From the NCBI GenBank assembly GCA_047967505.1, contig CM106538.1: 64,000 nucleotides of DNA. One strand, given 5' to 3'. The notes under the pieces were generated by a model. The model made no database searches. It saw only the letters and a program-made list of their open reading frames with translations, and was not told where the DNA came from. The first letter of the stretch is position 1. The number at the start of each line of letters is the position of its first letter. Shown one piece after another: positions 50,601-62,361 of the stretch. The position numbers and the translations under genes are program-made. The DNA comes from Dipteris shenzhenensis. Taxonomy: Eukaryota.

Positions 50601-52496
50601 TCAAGAATGAAGCAGGTTCAGTTACCCAAGCTTAGCCTTCAAGAATGAAGTAGGTTCAGTAACCAAGCTTAGCAAGAGTTGGACCAATTTTGGAGACCCA
50701 CAAGTGGAGGTAAGATTTCCCTCAAAGGCAACATCAAAGCCATAACCATTGTTTCCCCCTCCCAAAAAAGAAAAAAAAAACTCGATCCATTTGGATTGAC
50801 ACTTCTAGTGTACTCACATGGCAACGAGACAATGATGTCTAGTCAAATGTACTCACATAGCCTTTCAACAATCATAAAGAAGGATTATTGTTTTCTTCTA
50901 ACTAACTCCATAACAACATATCCAAGCTCAGAAAGATTTGGACCGATTTTAGAGACTTACAAGTGGAGGCACCATTTCGCCCAAGGTCCACATCAAAGGC
51001 ATAACCATTGAAAGTCTCCTCCCCCCGAAAAAGCAAACATAGCACCAATGCATTGGGTTGACACTTCAATTGTATGCACATAGCTTTCAACAACCAAACA
51101 ATGCTATCTAGTCAAATGTACTAGAGATGATTGTTGTTTTCTTTTGACCAACTCTGCACCACATACCCAAATTCGGCAAGATTTGGATCAATCCGAGAGA
51201 CTCATAACAGGGGTTGAGGTGAAGGCATCTTGCATGAATACGAAGTATGGCCTCCAATGGAAAGATTTCCCTTCGCGTGAATAAATTCCCATGGATCATG
51301 GAAGGTACAATTTACACAAAGATCGAGCTGGAAGACCTGAAGTTTAGAATCAAAAAGCTAGTGGCTGAAGTTTTCAAGCTGAGATTTGACAAAGATAGAT
51401 GCAAAGTGCTAAAAGTTAAGAAAACAACTTTATGCTTTGACTTTTTGTGGCTAAATAATAAAGATCATGACATCGGTTCTAAAAAGAAAAGATACACAAA
51501 GATAGTTAAGTGTTGAAGATGTTTGCTCTTAGATAGATTTTCTTTTAGATAATCTTTACATCACAATAGGTGATTCTTTGTTTCAACAAATTATAGGAAT
51601 CCCCATGGGCACTAATTGTGCCATCTTTTTAACAAACTTATGAATTTGAGTTTATGCAACGTCTTATTTCTATCAATACATGCCCTATCATTTTACATAA
51701 GCTTAGCCAAGTTAGGCGTTTTATAGATGATTTATTTGTACCAAATGTTCCTGACTTTCAAGACTTTATGTACAAAGATGCTTGTGCTTTTGGAGAAGGA
51801 ATCTATCCTCGTGACTCTTGTGAATTGAACTGCACTTCAAGAGGGGATTCTTGTGTTTTCTTAGATTTTAGACTTTCTCAATCTACAATAGGATTAGAGG
51901 TTGATATATATGATAAATGTGAACAACCTGAATATAGTGGTTTACACATTATAAAAATGCCTCGCATTGACTCAAACATTTTTGATTTGGCAAAATATGA
52001 AGTCATTCTTCCCAATTCCATAGATTTTCCTGCCTTTGTACCACTAAGGAGTCTTTTATCACTCAATGTAGTAATTTGATCACTTTACTATTCTTAGATA
52101 TGAAGTCTTTTATCTATGGTGTATCAGCCTTAGGTATGTTTAGAATGATTGAACATAAGTTGAAAACAAAAAGCGGGGAGCTGAATAGCTTGTTTTTCTT
52201 TTAGTTTCAAAAGAGAGTTTGATTGAGTATGCTTGTGCTTTCTAAGTTAGGATTGTAATTTTGTCTCTTTGTAGGAAGCGATACATAAGTTTAAAGGGTC
52301 CATTTAGCTTTTTATGTTTTAAATAAGAGAGAAAGAAAGAATGATATATTAACGTCCTCGGAAGACCTCGCGGGTCTATGGGACAGAGTGATACAACATC
52401 AAAAAAGATCTCATACAAGCCTCTGTGGGCTGGGGCAAGTTCTAAGCTGATGGGAGGAAACTCGCATTTGGCCAATGGCAATCCGGAGTGCATGAG

Positions 52497-52545
<49 letters not shown>

Positions 52546-53683
52546 CAGTTTTTTGGAAGATTTTGCTTCTTGACTTGATTGTTTATTTTTGCTTAGTCAC
52601 CTTCTTCCTTTCTTCTTCCTTTCTTGTTTTCTTTCTCTTTTGTTTATTTGACGTATTTAAGTAAGCACAGGGTTTGCCCAAGAGACTCCGCGGGTCTTTA
52701 GAAACCCAATATAGTTGCTTATGCTTGGGCACTGATGACGACATAAGTGTTGCTTTGCTTGCTAAGTATGTCTTCCTTTTGTTTTTCATAAAAGTTTTTG
52801 TTTACCTCTTTCTTTCTTTCTTTTTTTTTTTCTTCTCTTTCATTTTCTCTTTTGTTTTCTGTGTAGATTTTTGGTCTTTAGAATAACAAAAACTCTAAAT
52901 TTGTATGATTGGACTTATTCTAGTCTTACAAAGGTATATGTTTATGCTACTGATGTCATCAGTGGGATGCCATGGTAGCTAATTGCTGCTATGCATGGTA
53001 GAATTCATGGTTTTCAACCTTGTGGGTGACTGTCATGAGGTCGATATCAAATTGTTTCTTTAGCTAGATATCACCACACCATAGACACCTTTTTGACTGA
53101 TGCCAAAAACGCCCAGCAAATGCATAGGCAATCCCCATGGCCTTGGACTTCAAATATTAAAATTTTAACTTCTTTAAATCAATAAGTAACTAATTTAGAA
53201 TTTTTTTAAACTATTGATTGTCAATCTATGTTTTGCACTGTACACACTTGAAAATAGAAATCTACAATAACACATTTTCCTTTGCTTGTCTTGCTTAATT
53301 CTAATGTGATGGATTTTGGGGTGGAAACCTGAAATTGTTTGAAATGTCACAACTCTGCATTTTCACGTTATTTTTGTGGCATGCTTTTGGTTGATGTGTA
53401 ATTTTGCATGTAATGGAAAATAATGACATCTTTTGATTTGCAGTTGGTGCAAGCTTTTATGTTGCTTGAACAAATGCTGAAGGCAGATTACTTGAGGGAA
53501 ACATGGTGTAATTGGACATGTCTTTCAGCCGGAGCAAGGATAAACACACTCAGCTCTTTGGCATTGAGAATATACTGCCTTGATGCAGCTATCAAGTATA
53601 AGAAAGCGATGATAGAATTGGAGACTGGAGATACTGATAAGGCAGCCAAATCAGGGAGGAAAAAGAAAACACAGATTGTCTGA
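23226..53683 (+). CDS. MBD9: Methyl-CpG-binding domain protein 9-like gene; 9 visible coding exons, 5' exon(s) upstream of the window
   Basis: GT-AG exons 23226-23823, 30361-31557, 31655-32371, 34120-34425, 34539-34874, 35097-35195, 35354-35794, 36036-38642 and 53444-53683 join in frame (6541 nt: 1 nt phase plus 2180 codons). Domain order MBD, FYRN, FYRC, DDT-like, bromo-like, PHD, WHIM; plant MBD9-typical motifs such as LEWSISKDVYKGNASGPTK and APWEEGVCKICGIDKDDD. Confidence 0.92.
24192..24234. repeat. (GA)n microsatellite; similar tracts at 19979-20013 (CT), 24541-24578 (CA), 29656-29706 and 52500-52541 (GA)
   Basis: Read directly. Confidence 0.9.
24700..25320 (-). pseudogene. Non-LTR retrotransposon ORF2 C-terminal remnant (RTE/RTEX-like)
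   Basis: RTSSHDLEVEKGRW followed, after a frameshift, by ICKIC...QHVFVRC (CCHC-type motif). Confidence 0.6.
26068..27655. repeat. Higher-order tandem repeat: ~750-830-bp unit x2, each ending in ~143-bp subrepeats
   Basis: Units begin 'cagagggtgtaac' at 26068 and 26821; the subrepeat 'gaaagggg..ccaaagtgtttgggg' recurs near 26487, 26630, 26774, 27228, 27372 and 27517. Confidence 0.88.
27740..29489 (+). mobile_element. Decayed L1-like LINE 3' fragment
   Basis: Trp-rich ORF2 C-terminal remnants, a degenerate zf-RVT-like stretch near 28780-28900, and a poly(A) at 29481-29489. Similar in composition to 20808-21818; no TSD found. Confidence 0.6.
30361..31557 (+). CDS. MBD9: MBD9 exon, FYRN/FYRC
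   Basis: gcag|CTA...CAG|gta; VESLG...IWPVGYRCLWHDAVTGS and WIGQDRFGFD. Confidence 0.9.
31655..32371 (+). CDS. MBD9: MBD9 exon, DDT-like region
   Basis: gtag|ATT...CAG|gtg; IWEFLCRFSEVLG and LPLNELTWPEVARRY. Confidence 0.9.
33246..33579. repeat. Dispersed ~340-bp hairpin-rich repeat, copy 2
   Basis: Collinear homology with 20192-20535. Confidence 0.8.
34120..34425 (+). CDS. MBD9: MBD9 exon
   Basis: tcag|ATG...AAG|gta; WANALEPVRKLATNVGARIR. Confidence 0.9.
34539..34874 (+). CDS. MBD9: MBD9 exon, bromodomain-like
   Basis: tcag|CGA...CAG|gtt; RPLDFRIIDSRLAAGAYG. Confidence 0.88.
35097..35195 (+). CDS. MBD9: MBD9 99-nt exon (not in the ORF track)
   Basis: Polypyrimidine tract then ttgcag|CTT...AAG|gta; LFRNVPIVFHNREDLIKVGESMSQRFETLYEEK completes the bromo-like helices. 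Confidence 0.85.
35354..35794 (+). CDS. MBD9: MBD9 exon, PHD finger
   Basis: CKIC...LLCDTC...YHIYCL...WYCPSC (C4HC3). Confidence 0.92.
36036..38642 (+). CDS. MBD9: MBD9 large exon (WHIM1, WHIM2-like, Cys/His cluster)
   Basis: ccag|AGA...GAG|gtgagt; RMLLLKFLCD, LGRDALGRVYW, RCDCLE...HCPCCH, LKANLLDIE. Confidence 0.9.
40186..41040 (-). mobile_element. Non-LTR retrotransposon 3' fragment with a (TTTC)n tail
   Basis: Minus strand ICTLC...ESEEHF (CCHC-like); (GAAA)n on the plus strand; terminal block homologous to 25571-25720 and 52330-52400. Confidence 0.55.
41050..41700 (+). pseudogene. Copia integrase plus RNase H remnant, RT deleted
   Basis: HTPQQN...NRGLMETAR and VFGCFAYAHVP, then YTDS*SALAI, HVRTKHI and NLVDLFTKAL. 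Confidence 0.75.
41756..49938 (+). mobile_element. Decayed Copia (outer element): 5' LTR 41756-42349, PBS 42350-42362, gag, PR, IN (split at 44281/48137), partly deleted RT, RNase H, PPT ~49921-49938
   Basis: TGTTAG...CTCACA then TGGTATCAGAGCC; FIVDSGAS, LWHFHFGHL, VDDFSRYMW, LRSDKGGEF, TRLDLCYSVS, WSSKRQPTVTLSSTEAEY. No matching 3' LTR seen. Confidence 0.85.
44282..48136 (-). mobile_element. Internally deleted Copia (inner element, 3855 bp) lacking gag, protease and the IN N-terminus
   Basis: LTRs at 44282-44554 and 47863-48136; TSD CCACA at 44277-44281 and 48137-48141; PBS 47849-47860; PPT at 44555. IN TPQQNGKVERKN; RT KWVFKLK, RLVAKGY, LYVDNML; RNase H SCEAEY. Frameshifted. Confidence 0.95.
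50679..51215. repeat. Diverged ~250-bp tandem repeat (2 copies plus the start of a third)
   Basis: 'ttggacc.atttt.gagac..acaagtggagg' at 50679 and 50938; partial copy at 51183. Confidence 0.7.
51298..52079 (+). pseudogene. Penelope-like element reverse transcriptase remnant (Chlamys/Naiad-like)
   Basis: Across frameshifts: IYTKI..DLKFRI, FLLDNLYITIGDSLFQQIIGIPMGTNCAIFLTNL, YEFEF, RRFIDDLF, GIYP, FLD, IYDK, IIKMP.IDSNI. Confidence 0.75.
53444..53683 (+). CDS. MBD9: MBD9 terminal exon (after a 14,801-bp intron)
   Basis: ttgcag|TTG; LLEQMLKADYL..W..W...TLSSLALRIYCLDAAIKY; TGA ending at 53683. Confidence 0.9.
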   Translation: MVQAFMLLEQMLKADYLRETWCNWTCLSAGARINTLSSLALRIYCLDAAIKYKKAMIELETGDTDKAAKSGRKKKTQIV

Positions 53684-54415
53684 AGGTATCATGTTATCAT
53701 CTTTTGTTTATCCCTTTCAAGCTCATATTCAGACTTCATGTCCTCTTTTTCAGAGTCTCCATGCTGATCTTTCTTTGGCATTTCTTTCACTCTACGATAT
53801 CAGATGGCTACTCATCAAGAACACTTAATCCTGCAAGCGGAATGTCCTTCCCACCTTGTGTGAAGGGGCTGCAAGCATCGCATCTATACTCACTTCTCCA
53901 GACCTCCTGTCGGCGTTGATTGGTTTGAAGCCAATAACACCTTTTTTGTTGCTGTATTGTCTAGCCTCGCTCTCTCTGCGCTCCCTGAGCACGTGTGTAT
54001 ATGCAATGCAACCAAATATACCTCTCTGCAAGCTTTTACCTCATATGCATTTCATGCTTGTCCTGTGCTCTCTTGTGGAGTGACATTTCTAACGGCCTTT
54101 GTAGGACTCATATTGATGATATTAGGTGCTGTATTTTTAGTTTCGACCTAAGGTTCGGAGAATATCCTCTCTTGCAGCATGCATTTGGCTATGTCAAAGA
54201 GTGTTTTATTCAACCACTGCCATTAGGGGGAAAAACGCTTCCTTATAAAAATCAATACACTTGAAGCTTGATGTGAGCACTAATGTGCATTTCACTGCAA
54301 GAAAGTAACATCTTTAATGACATTTCTTTTATCCATGTCTCCTTATTGGTGAGTTTAATGGATGCAAAAAGAAAATCCTTCTAGGTTGCCTTGGCAACAT
54401 GGCAAGACAAGGCCT

Positions 54416-54507
54416 TTATGCAATCCATTGATCATTCCCTGGCAAAATAAAAGCTGATGCGTTATGCAATCCATTGATCATTCCCTGGCAAAATAAAAGC
54501 TGATGCG
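54416..54507. repeat. Perfect 46-bp tandem duplication
   Basis: ttatgcaatccattgatcattccctggcaaaataaaagctgatgcg x2. Confidence 0.9.
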
Positions 54508-56934
54508 TAAGCTGGTATGTGATGCAAAATATAGTGCAGGTCCTGTGAGTATGTGGACCTTAATAAGGTTGTGTAGGTATGTTTGTGATCAAAGACGCAA
54601 AGGGCAAACTTGGTAAAACCAAGGTTTTGCTCTTCAACGCTTAACCACCTGCAAGGTCTTTGTATATCCTAAAGAGCCAGTCAAGCATATGTACTTGGGG
54701 ATTATGTTGGAGTTTACTTCTCCATGGAAAGAGCTACCTACCACTTAGGAACACAAAAGTCATGCTAGATGGAAGTACCACTGATTCTAGACACAATTTG
54801 AAGAAATGTATATGAAAATCCTCTTTGTTGACTCACTAATCACATCAGCAACTAGCACTTGATCCTAATGAGACCCAAGATTGAGATAAGATACAAAGGT
54901 TCTGGGTCAAAATGCCGTTCTACATCATGTGTAAAGAACCCTTGATTTCACATTACTTTGTAGACATGAGCTTGGAGCACCACCTTTGCAATTGGATGTG
55001 GCTTTCAAATCATCACATACATACAAAGGTCATGGTGATAGATGACAATAGGCTTCTTGTGTTGGTGTTGCTCTCGTCGCCATAGCTTGCACAAGACGGG
55101 AGCAAGGGGTGTTGGTATGCAAGAGTCCAAGCATGGTTCACCTATTGCAGTACAACTTGGATATGTGAACCAGGTGCCTGTTTTGGCAGGAGAAGAATAG
55201 AGAGGTAACAACAGACTTCTTGCAGCTTGGTCTTGAATTGAGCCATCTACTACACTTCAAAGCATAAGTTATACATAGATCACTTTCTTCAGTTCATAGA
55301 GGATGGTTTTATTGAAACACCCAGATTCTTCTATCCTATTTTACCACCTTACATCATAAAGGAGGGTCTTTTTTCTTAAACTCTTGGTAAATGTGTAAGC
55401 TGCTCCCATTGATTGACTGCCCACCTCCTCAAGGTTGCTCACCTATCAATATGCTACTAATGCCACACGTTCATTTAACCATACACTTCATATTTACATA
55501 CACTTTGCTAAGGCAAGGGGCATCTCTACCACAAATTTAAGCGCATGCATGAATATAGTTGCAATCTCCACCAAGTCAATGGCAGGGCAGGCTCACAGAC
55601 TGGCCAGTTGTCGAATTCAGGAATTTCGCCTATACAACGCCCATTGTAGGGCCTGTTGTTAGTTCAGTTAAGGTGCAGCCCTCAGCCTGTATAGGGCTCT
55701 ACAGTGCACACACCTACAGTGTGAAGTCAACATGAGAGTACATCTCCCATGTGAGGAACTAGAGGTGTCTATCTCGTCTCCAAGAAACTATTAGTGAACT
55801 AGGAACTACAGGAAAGAAACTCTATGTGTTGGGAGTAGTTCCTATCATGTCCTGTCATGTGTCGTCCATGAGTTGCTTGAGCTCTACATGGTCCCAACCA
55901 TCTGGAGGTGCAGTGTTTTTGGAAGAACTTTGAGATCTGTTGTCAGCATCTTCGACTTCTCTCTGTAGGATGTACTAGTGGGCGAGATGAGGCAGCTTCA
56001 CATGATGCCGCAATGATGGTACCTTGACTGGGACGGGTGCTCGCAAGACCCGTGTCCAGTCTCCTACTGACTTGGTGTGATTGAGTGTTGGGGTCTCGGT
56101 CTTGATATCCACTTCTCCTGTGAAGAAGTCATTGCTGTTTGGGGCCGTGTCACATGGTTGGGTCTCAAGATTCTACACCTGAGTCGTGTACAAAGACTGC
56201 GGCACATCTTGAGTCTGGGAAGGCCAATGACTCTACCCATATCTGTGTAAGAAAAGGCAGTGATACCACCTTTAGATCCCATACTATTTGGGGCATACGT
56301 TCGGACGCGCTCCATGGTCCCACCTCGTGTATCACAAAGAGTTTAGGGCCTAAGATCTTTGCATGTGCATGTGTCGATGTTAATTAAGGATTTCTGCGTA
56401 ATGTGGCTTGAATTTCCATGAGCTGTGATGTGAACTCCCCTTTCAACCGAATTAGACCTGGAATGCCATCCATCTACTGCAAGGATATTGTGCAGGATTT
56501 ATTGCACGTACCAAATACTCTGAAACATAGCAATTTGGTCAACTTAGAAGCACTCATACCTTCATCAAGATTGGAGTGGAGGGAGGGGAGATAATATGAG
56601 AGTGGATGCTAATAGTGAGCGTAAATCTTGGCTATGCAAAGATTAGCAAATTAACTACTAATGTATGAAGTTTTAAATTGTGCTTGTATTTCCGGACAAG
56701 ACAGGGCCACATGGAGACAGCATAAACCAAATAACATGCTCGCATTGTAGCCATTTGATTAGCAATAGCAATCCACACTAACCAATTTTTTGGTCTTGTT
56801 GTAAAACTATCGGTTGAAATTGTTGGCTTGAACTTCGTGAAATGGCAAGCTGTATTTTGTGTTCTTGTCTAGCTCTTTTGGTTTGGGTTCATGTATAGGT
56901 GTGCATACAATTGCAATAATGTCTTGTTGTGAAT

Positions 56935-57620
56935 TTTTGCAGGTTGATGCTAGCTTTCATGCTGCTTGAACAAGTGCTGAAGGCAGAGTGTGTGACAGAC
57001 AAATGGTGTAGCTGGACATCTCTTCCAGGGTAAACCACACGTGGCTCTTTGGCATTAAGAATGTACTCCCTTGATGCAGCTATCAAGTAAGAAAGCAATG
57101 TTGCATTTAAGACCGAAGAAACACCTATGGCAGGAGCACAGAGGAAAAAATTATTGGCTGGTATTGTGTTATAAATTTTCCAAGCCTTCAAATGGCTGTG
57201 TATCATTTTCAGCTTGCTGCCGTCTTCAAGCTCCTTTCAAACTGCATACTCTTCTTCTCGAGTCTTCATGCTCATCTTTCTCTATCATTTTCCTTCTGCT
57301 GCACTACAGTGGATGGGCTGCCCATCAAGAAACCTCAACTGTTCCAGTGGATGGCATTCTGATCGTCATGTGAATGGGCTGCAAGCATTATATCCCTACC
57401 TATGCTTTTGATTGGTCATTGAAGCCAATAAACATGCACTCCGTTTCTTTGTTTCCAGCCTCTTTCTCTGCTCCATCAAGACATGGCATATGTAACACAA
57501 CCAAACACCTTCAATTGCTTCACACTTGTCTTGTCCCCACCAAGCCTCCTGTGGAGTGAATTTTCTCATGGCTTTTGCTGACTCTTATTGATGACGTAAG
57601 CTGTCATGCTTGGGTGACAC
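56935..57620 (+). pseudogene. Degenerate duplicate of the MBD9 terminal exon and 3'UTR
   Basis: LMLAFMLLEQVLKAECVTDKWCSWTSLPG* then GSLALRMYSLDAAIK*; downstream sequence aligns with 53700-54130. Confidence 0.85.
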
Positions 57621-59067
57621 CAAAAGGGTCAAAGTATGAGTGGGATCTTCGGTTTTTGAAGGCAAGCTACTTCTGATCCTGAAGCAAGTAATACCTCTTC
57701 AAGATTTCCCAGATGAGAATTTTTTCCATGTACAGATAACTGCCAAATTCAGCTGTGAGGCAGCAATTTTGATTGGCAGAATTACAGAGTCAAAGAAACC
57801 GGTCATTTTACTGGGCATCAAGAGTGGAAATCATCCACCACAGCAAAACAGCAACCAAAACCTTTTCAAGATTTATCTCAAATGGAGTCAAATTGGTTGA
57901 AATTGACCAGTTTTTGGCATGCCCTGGGACCAATGTCCGCCTTACCCTTCAGATTCTGTTGTTTATACTATGCTGAAACTTCTCGAATTCTTTAATTAAA
58001 ATCTTTAAATTGTTATTTGTACTCTCTAGGATTACCGATAGATAATACTTGCCTTCAATTTCCTATATAATGATGGCCTGGCCATTGCATTCTTGAGATT
58101 TGCAATGACATGGTGCTTGCAAACGTCTCAAGTGGAATATTTTCTGAAGCGAATTATGGTATACAAAGTTCCTGCAACCATGTGCATGGGATTCAATACA
58201 TGCACGTGCACGATGGAGGGAAGGAGAGGAGATTGGGAGAGGGGGGGATTTCTTCTGCCATCCGTTGGAGACAAAAAATGCAAGATATATGATCATCGAT
58301 GTAAGTGCCTGTATGTGCCCACGAGAAGTTTGTCATCATGAAATTTGGTTCACAAGTGTGGTGGAAGCATCATGGGTGCTCCCCTACTACATTCGAGACT
58401 ATATCTAGCTTAGGTTGTCCTTGCAATTGTCTTAGGTCATAGAACCCATGCAATGGAAGAACCGAACTACAAGAGGTGGCTTTGTATGTCTAAAACGTTT
58501 GTAGCCATGGATCACATTCGTATATGATGAATGCAATGGACAGATTGGTCTTTGGACTTTACCACTCTCCATGTTCGAACGATGTATGCCGTGCACCAGG
58601 TCGTTGATCTTACCTCTTGCCAGTCTTCCTTTCTAATCTTTGTGAGCTAGGGTGAACCAACAATATGGCTTGTCTCATCTCCAAATATTACACCAGATAA
58701 TGCATTTGAGTGACTAGTGGGTTGATGTTGGCAATAGTACAAAGATTTTATCTAGTAGTGAACTAAATATGGAGCAAGAGTTGGAAGATCTTATGTCAAG
58801 CCTCTTATGAGTATATCATCTTTGAAGAGAGGTGAAGGTATGTGATCGTCTAAGTCTGTTATGTGCATGCTTGGCAGAGTTTGTCATCTTCAAATTTGGT
58901 TAACTATTGTGTATACTGCCTTGAGGAAGCCTTGTTGATGCTCGTGTTTAGGTTGTCCTTGCAGTTGTCTTGGGTTTCTAGAACTTATGTGATGGTTCTA
59001 TGGATTACAGATGTCCCCTTTGCGTAGGCACCCATTGAAAGAAATGAGTGTGCATCTATTGCTGTCT

Positions 59068-59189
59068 TGACTACATGCCTCACAAGTCTCTCTCTATATC
59101 TAGTGGTCTTTGAAACAAAAAGTGAAGCTGACTACACGCCTCACGAGTCTCTCTCTATATCTAGTGGTCTTTGAAACAAAAAGTGAAGC
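59068..59189. repeat. 61-bp tandem duplication
   Basis: tgactaca(t/c)gcctcac(a/g)agtctctctctatatctagtggtctttgaaacaaaaagtgaagc x2. Confidence 0.9.
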
Positions 59190-61329
59190 GCAACAATCAT
59201 TTGGGTAGTCGATGGTCTTGCTCATGTCTAGGAACGTTTGTGCAAACATACAATGATGTAGACCTTGAATCTCGCTTCAAGTTGTACAAGTGATGATGTT
59301 TGAAGTACATGGTTCATCTCAGATTGGGCGTGAGCATTATGACATATAGCCTCTTGAATCCACCTTGGATGGTTTATTCCAGATGATGAGAACATCATGA
59401 CCTATAGTCTCTTGAACTTCATCACTCATCTTGTTGGATAGAGAGATTTTTGTATGCACATGTTGAAAATAAGCTTGAAAGTACTCAAGTAAGATTGAAA
59501 GTGTCCTTTAGGTGTGCTTGAGTAGTACTCCTTCTTGGGTCGTATGAAGATGCACCCCAAGTAAAGATACCATTTGAGATTAGTGATTATTGTAGATTAT
59601 CTATATGCTTCCATACACTCTCGATTGTCTATGAGAGCAAGACATCATTTGCATATAGCAAAATAGGGTTTGGGATTGTGATGAGCGCTCCTACCCTAAT
59701 GTGTCCGCAAAGGATGCTAATTCATCAATGTAGGTTCAAATATGGGGGACAATGGGCACCCCTACCTCACATAGGCATTGGTAGTCAAGTGTCTGTGGAG
59801 GTGGATCCATAGGTTGTAAGCATGCTTGTCCTTGTTAATCATAATTATAGAAGTGAGCTGAATAAAGTGTCCATACGTTGACCACGTACTCTAGTATGCG
59901 TTGACCACGTACCCCACTCATACTAGTGTTCTTTACTTTGTGGTAAAGATGTGTGTATTCATGCAATATGGGTAGGCTCCTTTTTGGCCTCTCAGGCATC
60001 ATTGTGTAGGTGATGGTGTCTTTCTGTTTGAAGGTCTAGCAAGAGAAACACAAAGTCCCAATAGTTTTCTAAAATGCAAGGAGTAGAGCAATTTCAGTCC
60101 CACCAGTCGTATACTTTTACTTGGCTAGGTGTAACTTTTATCCTTGAGTGACCCTCTTGTCTTCATAAACTATCCATTTCATAGTTGTTGGTCGTGACAT
60201 GTAGTGCCAATTGAGTGATTGAGAGAATTGAATCATGGTGCCAAGAGATTTTGGTGAAGTAGTCGTGCTTCCCTCTTGGCCAATATTTATGATTTTCATA
60301 TAGAGCTAGCATTTTTGAAGAAGAGATTCCCTCTTGGGCAATAGTAATGATGATGTTCATTCTAGAGCTAGGAGTTTAAGAGATTTCTTTTCATTAATGA
60401 ATTATCTAGGAAAGGACCTAACGTTTGTCTTGAATGCGCAGTCTTTTCTCTAGAGTCCGGGAGACCCTATAAAAAAGGACGACAAAGCTAGGAAGAAGAG
60501 AAAGAACACCCGTTCTCAAAACAAAACAAGAGAGAACACCAGTGTGTGTCTTGAGAACACTGTTGAGAGCATGATACGAACATGAGAACAAGGCTGCTAG
60601 GTGGATTGTGTGGACTTGAAGTCCATGGAAACTTTGAACTTGACAAAAAGCCATGAAGAGCCACTCCAATGAGTGATTACCATGGTAAATTGTAGCACAC
60701 CCTTAAAAAAGACAAGGAAAAGGAAGGAGAGGTAACATACCCTTAACAAAGACACAGCTACATGAAAGAGGTAGGATATCCTTAAAGAAGACTAAGGGAG
60801 AAGAGGCCAACATTGATGATGAGAGTAGAATGCCTTGCCAAAAATGATGAAAAATAGCTTTACTATCATGTCGCGCAAGGTGTTGCAAGACTTGGGTATC
60901 CTAAGGACTCTTAGACCTAGGGAAAAATGGTATGCTAAGTGCACAAAGTCTAATCATACTGCTAATAAATGCTGAGTGACCCTATTGAGTATTTTGTGGC
61001 AAAATAGCACGGTATGCTAAGGAATGTTGCTATAAAAAGGAAAAAATGTGGAAGCCAGTTAGAGGATTGAGGGCTTAGATAGATTTAGCCACCCAACACT
61101 AACTAGCAAGGTCGTGCTTAAGGCGATTGAGGCACATGTGATTGCTGTTGAGATTGAGCACTAAGAATGAGAATTTCCCTAATTGAAGATGAAATTAGAA
61201 TGTAAGCTATGGCAAGAGCATATGTAACTACTTCAAAACAATAGTGAAAGACATGAGTAGATCTTATTGTCAACAGTGGATTGTATTAGCAAAGGTGGGA
61301 ACCAATAGATGTTTTGACTTGATATGCTA

Positions 61330-62361
61330 GTATGAAAGAAGAGCTACCAAGAGGAAGTAGAATCATCTTGTTGTAGAGATTGCAACAAAATCATGAGAAA
61401 AAATCTGTGTAGTAGAGTTGCCCAGTGTATGAATGAGCAACTTTAATCAGCCAACCCCCAGCTTATAAAGTTTTGATAATTGATGGTGGATTTCATGTGA
61501 TCATCTCACAAGATTTGATGAAAAAGATGCAATTGAAGAAGCAAAAACCATTTACTTCTTGAGTTTAAATAGTAGACTAGTGCTTTGTTATACCCAAGGG
61601 GATATTGAAGACTTGTGGATAAGTATTTAGGGATCTTATTGGGACTTCCATCTAGTATCAATGGCTAGTATCAATGGTATTTTGTGCTAACAAATGTTAA
61701 GAGGAACACACTTGCATCTAGTTCATTCACATGCAAATAAATCTTGGTAGTCCACAAAGTTGCTTTTGCAAGTGGATACATTATTTTGGGTAATATAGAT
61801 TGTGTGGGCCAACTTCTCAATTCCATGATTCCTTTCCATGATCTTCAACTCGATCTCTTTTAGCCTATGATTATCAATAATTATTGAGGATTAGTGGGTA
61901 TCTTTACTCATTTCGGATGGTCGTCATGTCGATATCCCTTATGATAGCTTGACCTTTTTAGCTAGGGCATAACAACAATAGAGGATAAGTGTTTTCTTCC
62001 ATGGTTATCACAAGCAAGCTCATATAGCATACTATAGTATGTACCCATAGTATGTACCCTAAATACTTATCCACAAGTCTTCAATATCCCCTTGGTTATA
62101 ACAAGGCACTAGTCTAGCATTTAAACTCAAGAAGTGAATGGTTTTTGCTTCTTCAATTGCATCTTTTTCATCAAATCTTGTGAGATGATGTTCACACGAA
62201 GTCCACGATCAATTAACAAAAAATAATAATCTGGGCTTGGTTGATTGAAGTTGCTTATTCATACACTGAGCAACTCTACTACACAGACTTCTTCTCATGA
62301 TTTTGTTGCAATCTCTACAACAAGATGATTCTAGTTCCTTTAGCTAGCTCTTCTTTCATAC
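61330..62361. repeat. Inverted repeat: ~300-bp arms (61330-61632, 62057-62361) around a ~425-bp spacer
   Basis: For example, 'gatattgaagacttgtggataagtatttaggg' pairs with 'ccctaaatacttatccacaagtcttcaatatc'. Confidence 0.9.

Noticed and set aside
54600-56900. Possible genes between MBD9 and the duplicate exon, and in 57700-64000
   Set aside because: Only short ORFs without recognisable motifs or consistent splice structure; probably old TE debris that I cannot classify by eye.
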